Shown here one piece after another: positions 36,076-39,006 of a DNA stretch of 39,006 nt. The translations under genes and the position numbers were made by a program. The stretch is taken from positions 1 to 39,006 of IMG/VR virus record IMGVR_UViG_3300020477_000064. The stretch is one strand, 5' to 3'. Below the pieces are notes generated by a model. It was not told the DNA's origin, searched no databases, and saw only the letters and a list, made by a program, of their open reading frames with translations. Every line of letters begins with the position of its first letter. Positions within the stretch are counted from its first letter, which is position 1. The DNA comes from a virus (lineage: Duplodnaviria; Caudoviricetes).

Positions 36076-36273
36076 ATGACTGGAGCAAAATCAGACGAAG
36101 AAATCGCTATTGAAGTATATATGCGTCTATATCTTAATTCTGTCGCAACAGGTGTTGGTAATGAACTTGATATAGGTGTAAAAGTTACCAATAGATTCCT
36201 AAGAATAATTAATCGTAGATTGCAAGTATTACTTAAAAGAATGTATTATAAAAAGAATAGTTTAAGCGTTTAA
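36076..36273 (+). CDS. hypothetical protein
   Basis: 65 aa, AAAGG RBS. Confidence 0.65.
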   Translation: MTGAKSDEEIAIEVYMRLYLNSVATGVGNELDIGVKVTNRFLRIINRRLQVLLKRMYYKKNSLSV

Positions 36274-36294
36274 CAATTTCATAAAGGAGAAGAT

Positions 36295-36783
36295 ATGGAA
36301 GAAACCAAAGTAATGGAGGAGACTGCTGTCCCCCAAATAGAAGAAGTAACCCCCCAATCATGGAAATCAGATAAAATAGATAAACTTGCAGGAGCATTGG
36401 CTAAAGCTCAAGGTGAATTAGATGGTGCATCAAAGAAAAGCACTAATCCTTTCTTTAATTCTGGCTACGCTGATCTGCATGAAGTCATTTCATCAACATT
36501 TCCACATCTTAGTAAATATGGACTATCAGTTAGTCAAGGTAATGAAATAATACCTGGAGCTGTATGTGTAACTACTACATTATTACATGAATCAGGTCAA
36601 TGGCTTAGATCTAAAATTAAAGTTCCTATGGCTAAAGTCGATGCTCAAGGAGTAGGTAGTGCTACTACATATGGAAGAAGATATGGTCTTGCTGCTATGG
36701 TAGGTGTTGCACAAAAAGATGATGATGGAAATTCAATTTCTGGTAACACAGGTTTAACCAGAGGCGTTAACGTTAACAAATAA
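36295..36783 (+). CDS. erf: ERF-family single-strand annealing protein
   Basis: NPFF.S.YADL, TTLLHESGQW and QGVGSATTYGRRYGL..MVG....DDDG motifs. Confidence 0.9.
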   Translation: MEETKVMEETAVPQIEEVTPQSWKSDKIDKLAGALAKAQGELDGASKKSTNPFFNSGYADLHEVISSTFPHLSKYGLSVSQGNEIIPGAVCVTTTLLHESGQWLRSKIKVPMAKVDAQGVGSATTYGRRYGLAAMVGVAQKDDDGNSISGNTGLTRGVNVNK

Positions 36784-36793
36784 GGAGAAGAAC

Positions 36794-37324
36794 ATGGCTA
36801 TAAAAACAATGGCTGGAAGTACATCTGGAGGTAAATTCAACGAAGGATGGCACAGAGTCACTATATCAGACGCTAAATATGGTTCTTGGAATGAAAAGAG
36901 ATATATCGAAACAAAGTTCGAAGGATATCCTGATAATTTCACCCTAAGAATATATGAAGCTATTAATCCAGAGACTCATGAAGAGTTTACTATATCTAGA
37001 TTATTTAAGCTAGCTAATGCTGGTTTAATTGATAAGATAACTTCACCAGATGGTAAAGAAGCAATTCAATATGATGATGAACCTAACAATTTAGTTGGTA
37101 AAGATATCAATGTATTTCTATATAAAAATGCAGAAGGATATAATAGATTATCTGATAGAATTGCTCCTATTGAACAAGAAGGTGAAGTAGTTAAATACAA
37201 CGCTGAACAAGTTCAATGGTGGAAAGATCAAGCTGAAGAACACTGGGTTAAAAGACTTAAACCTCGTGCTGATGCTCCAGCAACGAACCCTACAACTGAA
37301 CAGGAGGAGAATATCCCATTCTAA
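36794..37324 (+). CDS. putative single-stranded DNA-binding protein
   Basis: Follows ERF; beta-rich N-terminus and acidic tail ending EEENIPF, like SSB C-termini. Confidence 0.65.
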   Translation: MAIKTMAGSTSGGKFNEGWHRVTISDAKYGSWNEKRYIETKFEGYPDNFTLRIYEAINPETHEEFTISRLFKLANAGLIDKITSPDGKEAIQYDDEPNNLVGKDINVFLYKNAEGYNRLSDRIAPIEQEGEVVKYNAEQVQWWKDQAEEHWVKRLKPRADAPATNPTTEQEENIPF

Positions 37325-37331
37325 TGTAGGA

Positions 37332-37430
37332 TTAAGTGGGGACAATAACTGGTCCTATAAGTCCTGGCCTCTGTGGAATCATTAGAAGCCAATACAAGTC
37401 AGGCAAAGGAATATGTGAGTCCCCATTTAA
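37332..37430 (+). ncRNA. 99-nt structured intergenic element
   Basis: 12-bp UUAAGUGGGGAC/GUCCCCAUUUAA closing helix, nested UCCU/AGGA, CCUG/CAGG and UGGC/GCCA. Confidence 0.5.
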
Positions 37431-37449
37431 ATAATTATAGGAGATTATT

Positions 37450-37695
37450 ATGACAGTAAAAGAACATTTAATATTGTTTCTGGATTATCATCTAGCTAAC
37501 AATTTAAGATTCAAAACTCATGAGATACAAGAATTGTCAAATAGGGGTAAATTAAAGTTCGGAAAAAGATTAGGTTCTACTGAAACTTACACTAGACAAT
37601 TTAGATATATTAAAGAGGATTTGTATACAATAAACAAGTTAAAATCACCTAATTCTAATGAAGCTATGTGGGAAGTGAGTAGCAAAAATGATTAA
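37450..37695 (+). CDS. hypothetical, possibly winged-helix DNA-binding protein
   Basis: 81 aa basic; S.ETYTR.FR helix and terminal W.V strand. Confidence 0.6.
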   Translation: MTVKEHLILFLDYHLANNLRFKTHEIQELSNRGKLKFGKRLGSTETYTRQFRYIKEDLYTINKLKSPNSNEAMWEVSSKND

Positions 37696-39004
37696 AGAAT
37701 TTGCTTTTGGCACACACAATAGACATCATTTTGGTGAGACTAGTAAAATGGATTCTTATATGAATATGGCACAAGATACATTTATGTCCCTATATGATTA
37801 TGATGACCATGTAATAGATTATGTAAAAAAGAAACAGAGTTTATCAGGATATGACGGCATTATGTATATACCTGATGAATTCATACTAGACGTAGACGGT
37901 TCCAATCCTGAAAATGCGCTTGAGAAACTACAAGGCTTACTATTGTTACTTGAAGACTTAGATGTTACAAGGAAAACATATTTTAGTGGCACTGGATTTC
38001 ATGTCCACATACCTCAAGAAGCATTTAGGTGGAAACCATGTGATGATTTACATTTAAAAGTTAAAGAGGAACTCAAATCCAAAGGCATATTTGACTTTGC
38101 CGATCCATCCGTAACAGACAAAACACGTCTAATCAGAGTTCCGAATACATTAAATACAAAATCTAATTTATGGAAAGTTCAACTTAATGGTAGTACTATG
38201 AACATAAAAGATATAATGGATTATGCTACCACTGCAAAAGAAATAAAAGAACTTGATCATGAATGCGATCCAATATTTGATGTATTAGAAAGAAAGGCAA
38301 AGCCTACTAAAGAGTTTGAAAGAGTCTCTCTTGGTAGGCAGCCTGATCCAGTAAACTATCCTTGTATTCAAACAATGCTTGAAGGAACTGGACAAGGTCA
38401 AAGACATCAAGTTGCCTTGCGATTAGCAGCTCATTTTAGATGGCTATATCCTGAAGATGTTGTTAGAAATGTTATGGATATGTGGAGGAAAAGAGTTGAT
38501 GATCCTACACACCCATTTACTGAAAAAGAAATGGATGGGATTGTAACTAATTGCTATGAAGGGCATGATGGGTCTGGTTATAGATATGGATGTAGCGATT
38601 TAATAATGGATGAGTATTGCATGAATACTTGTAAATTATATAAATCAAAGAAATCTCAAACTATAATGGATGCTAGTAGTATGGAAGATGTCTTTCTAGA
38701 ATTTCTTAATCAAAACAAAAAGCCTATTAATCTTGGTGCATTATATGATCAGGATTTCCCTATCTATCCAGGTGAAGTTGTTATCGTACAAGCTCCACCT
38801 AAATCAATGAAAACTATGTTGTTGCAAAATTGGGTTAACTCCTTTAAAAGACCAACATACTTTATTGAAATGGAAATGAGCCCTAGGCAAATATGGTCTA
38901 GATTTGTTATGATTGAGATGGGATGGAATGATGATGAATTACGAGAACATTACTCTCAATTACAAAGAGGAATGGCTGAAAAGTTTAATTGGCTAACTGT
39001 AGAG
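37688..39004 (+). CDS. AEP primase-helicase fusion, truncated by window edge
   Basis: MIKEFAFG...; AEP motifs LDVD, FSGTGFH and D..R.IR.P; Cys-rich middle domain; Walker A-like GEVVIVQAPPKSMKT and EMEM of RecA/DnaB-type helicases. Confidence 0.85.
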   Translation, partial: MIKEFAFGTHNRHHFGETSKMDSYMNMAQDTFMSLYDYDDHVIDYVKKKQSLSGYDGIMYIPDEFILDVDGSNPENALEKLQGLLLLLEDLDVTRKTYFSGTGFHVHIPQEAFRWKPCDDLHLKVKEELKSKGIFDFADPSVTDKTRLIRVPNTLNTKSNLWKVQLNGSTMNIKDIMDYATTAKEIKELDHECDPIFDVLERKAKPTKEFERVSLGRQPDPVNYPCIQTMLEGTGQGQRHQVALRLAAHFRWLYPEDVVRNVMDMWRKRVDDPTHPFTEKEMDGIVTNCYEGHDGSGYRYGCSDLIMDEYCMNTCKLYKSKKSQTIMDASSMEDVFLEFLNQNKKPINLGALYDQDFPIYPGEVVIVQAPPKSMKTMLLQNWVNSFKRPTYFIEMEMSPRQIWSRFVMIEMGWNDDELREHYSQLQRGMAEKFNWLTVE

Positions 39005-39006
39005 TA

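Noticed and set aside
311-37345. Short antisense or out-of-frame ORFs in the track (e.g. 311..496, 5112..5528, 12881..13228, 20919..21383, 29949..30146, 32403..32606, 36754..36942)
   Set aside because: They lie within or across longer, better-supported genes and have shadow-frame composition.
1-39006. Genome-wide stop-codon reassignment to explain the TGA at 26305
   Set aside because: TGA, TAG and TAA all end long intact genes (terL and endolysin end in TGA, MCP in TAG), and coding density is high under code 11.

Overview
AT-rich fragment of a tailed dsDNA bacteriophage, probably podovirus-like: it has a P22-type portal, a nozzle-like protein and putative ejection proteins, and no tape-measure or tail-tube gene is visible. 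There are two divergent arms. The minus strand (about 29,430 down to <1) is the late module: small and large terminase, CHAP/NlpC-type hydrolase, M15 endolysin, LamG protein, portal, scaffold, major capsid, decoration/adaptor proteins, metallophosphoesterase, holin-like peptides, tail and internal virion proteins. The plus strand (29,845 to >39,006) is the early/replication module: many small proteins, DUF2958-like protein, ERF annealing protein, SSB-like protein and an AEP primase-helicase fusion. The most unusual part is the early region at about 30.0-33.1 kb, where long gaps between genes are filled with structured non-coding elements. These include an 80-nt 'mini-tmRNA' made only of the tRNA-like domain (G3-U70 Ala identity, no mRNA-like domain), a ~410-nt closed RNA directly upstream of it, tandem covarying pseudoknots with a 36-nt period, and a repeated 18-nt hairpin motif. 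A late gene also appears to carry an in-frame UGA near its N-terminus. All RNA structures were folded by eye and product calls rest on motif recognition; no searches were run.
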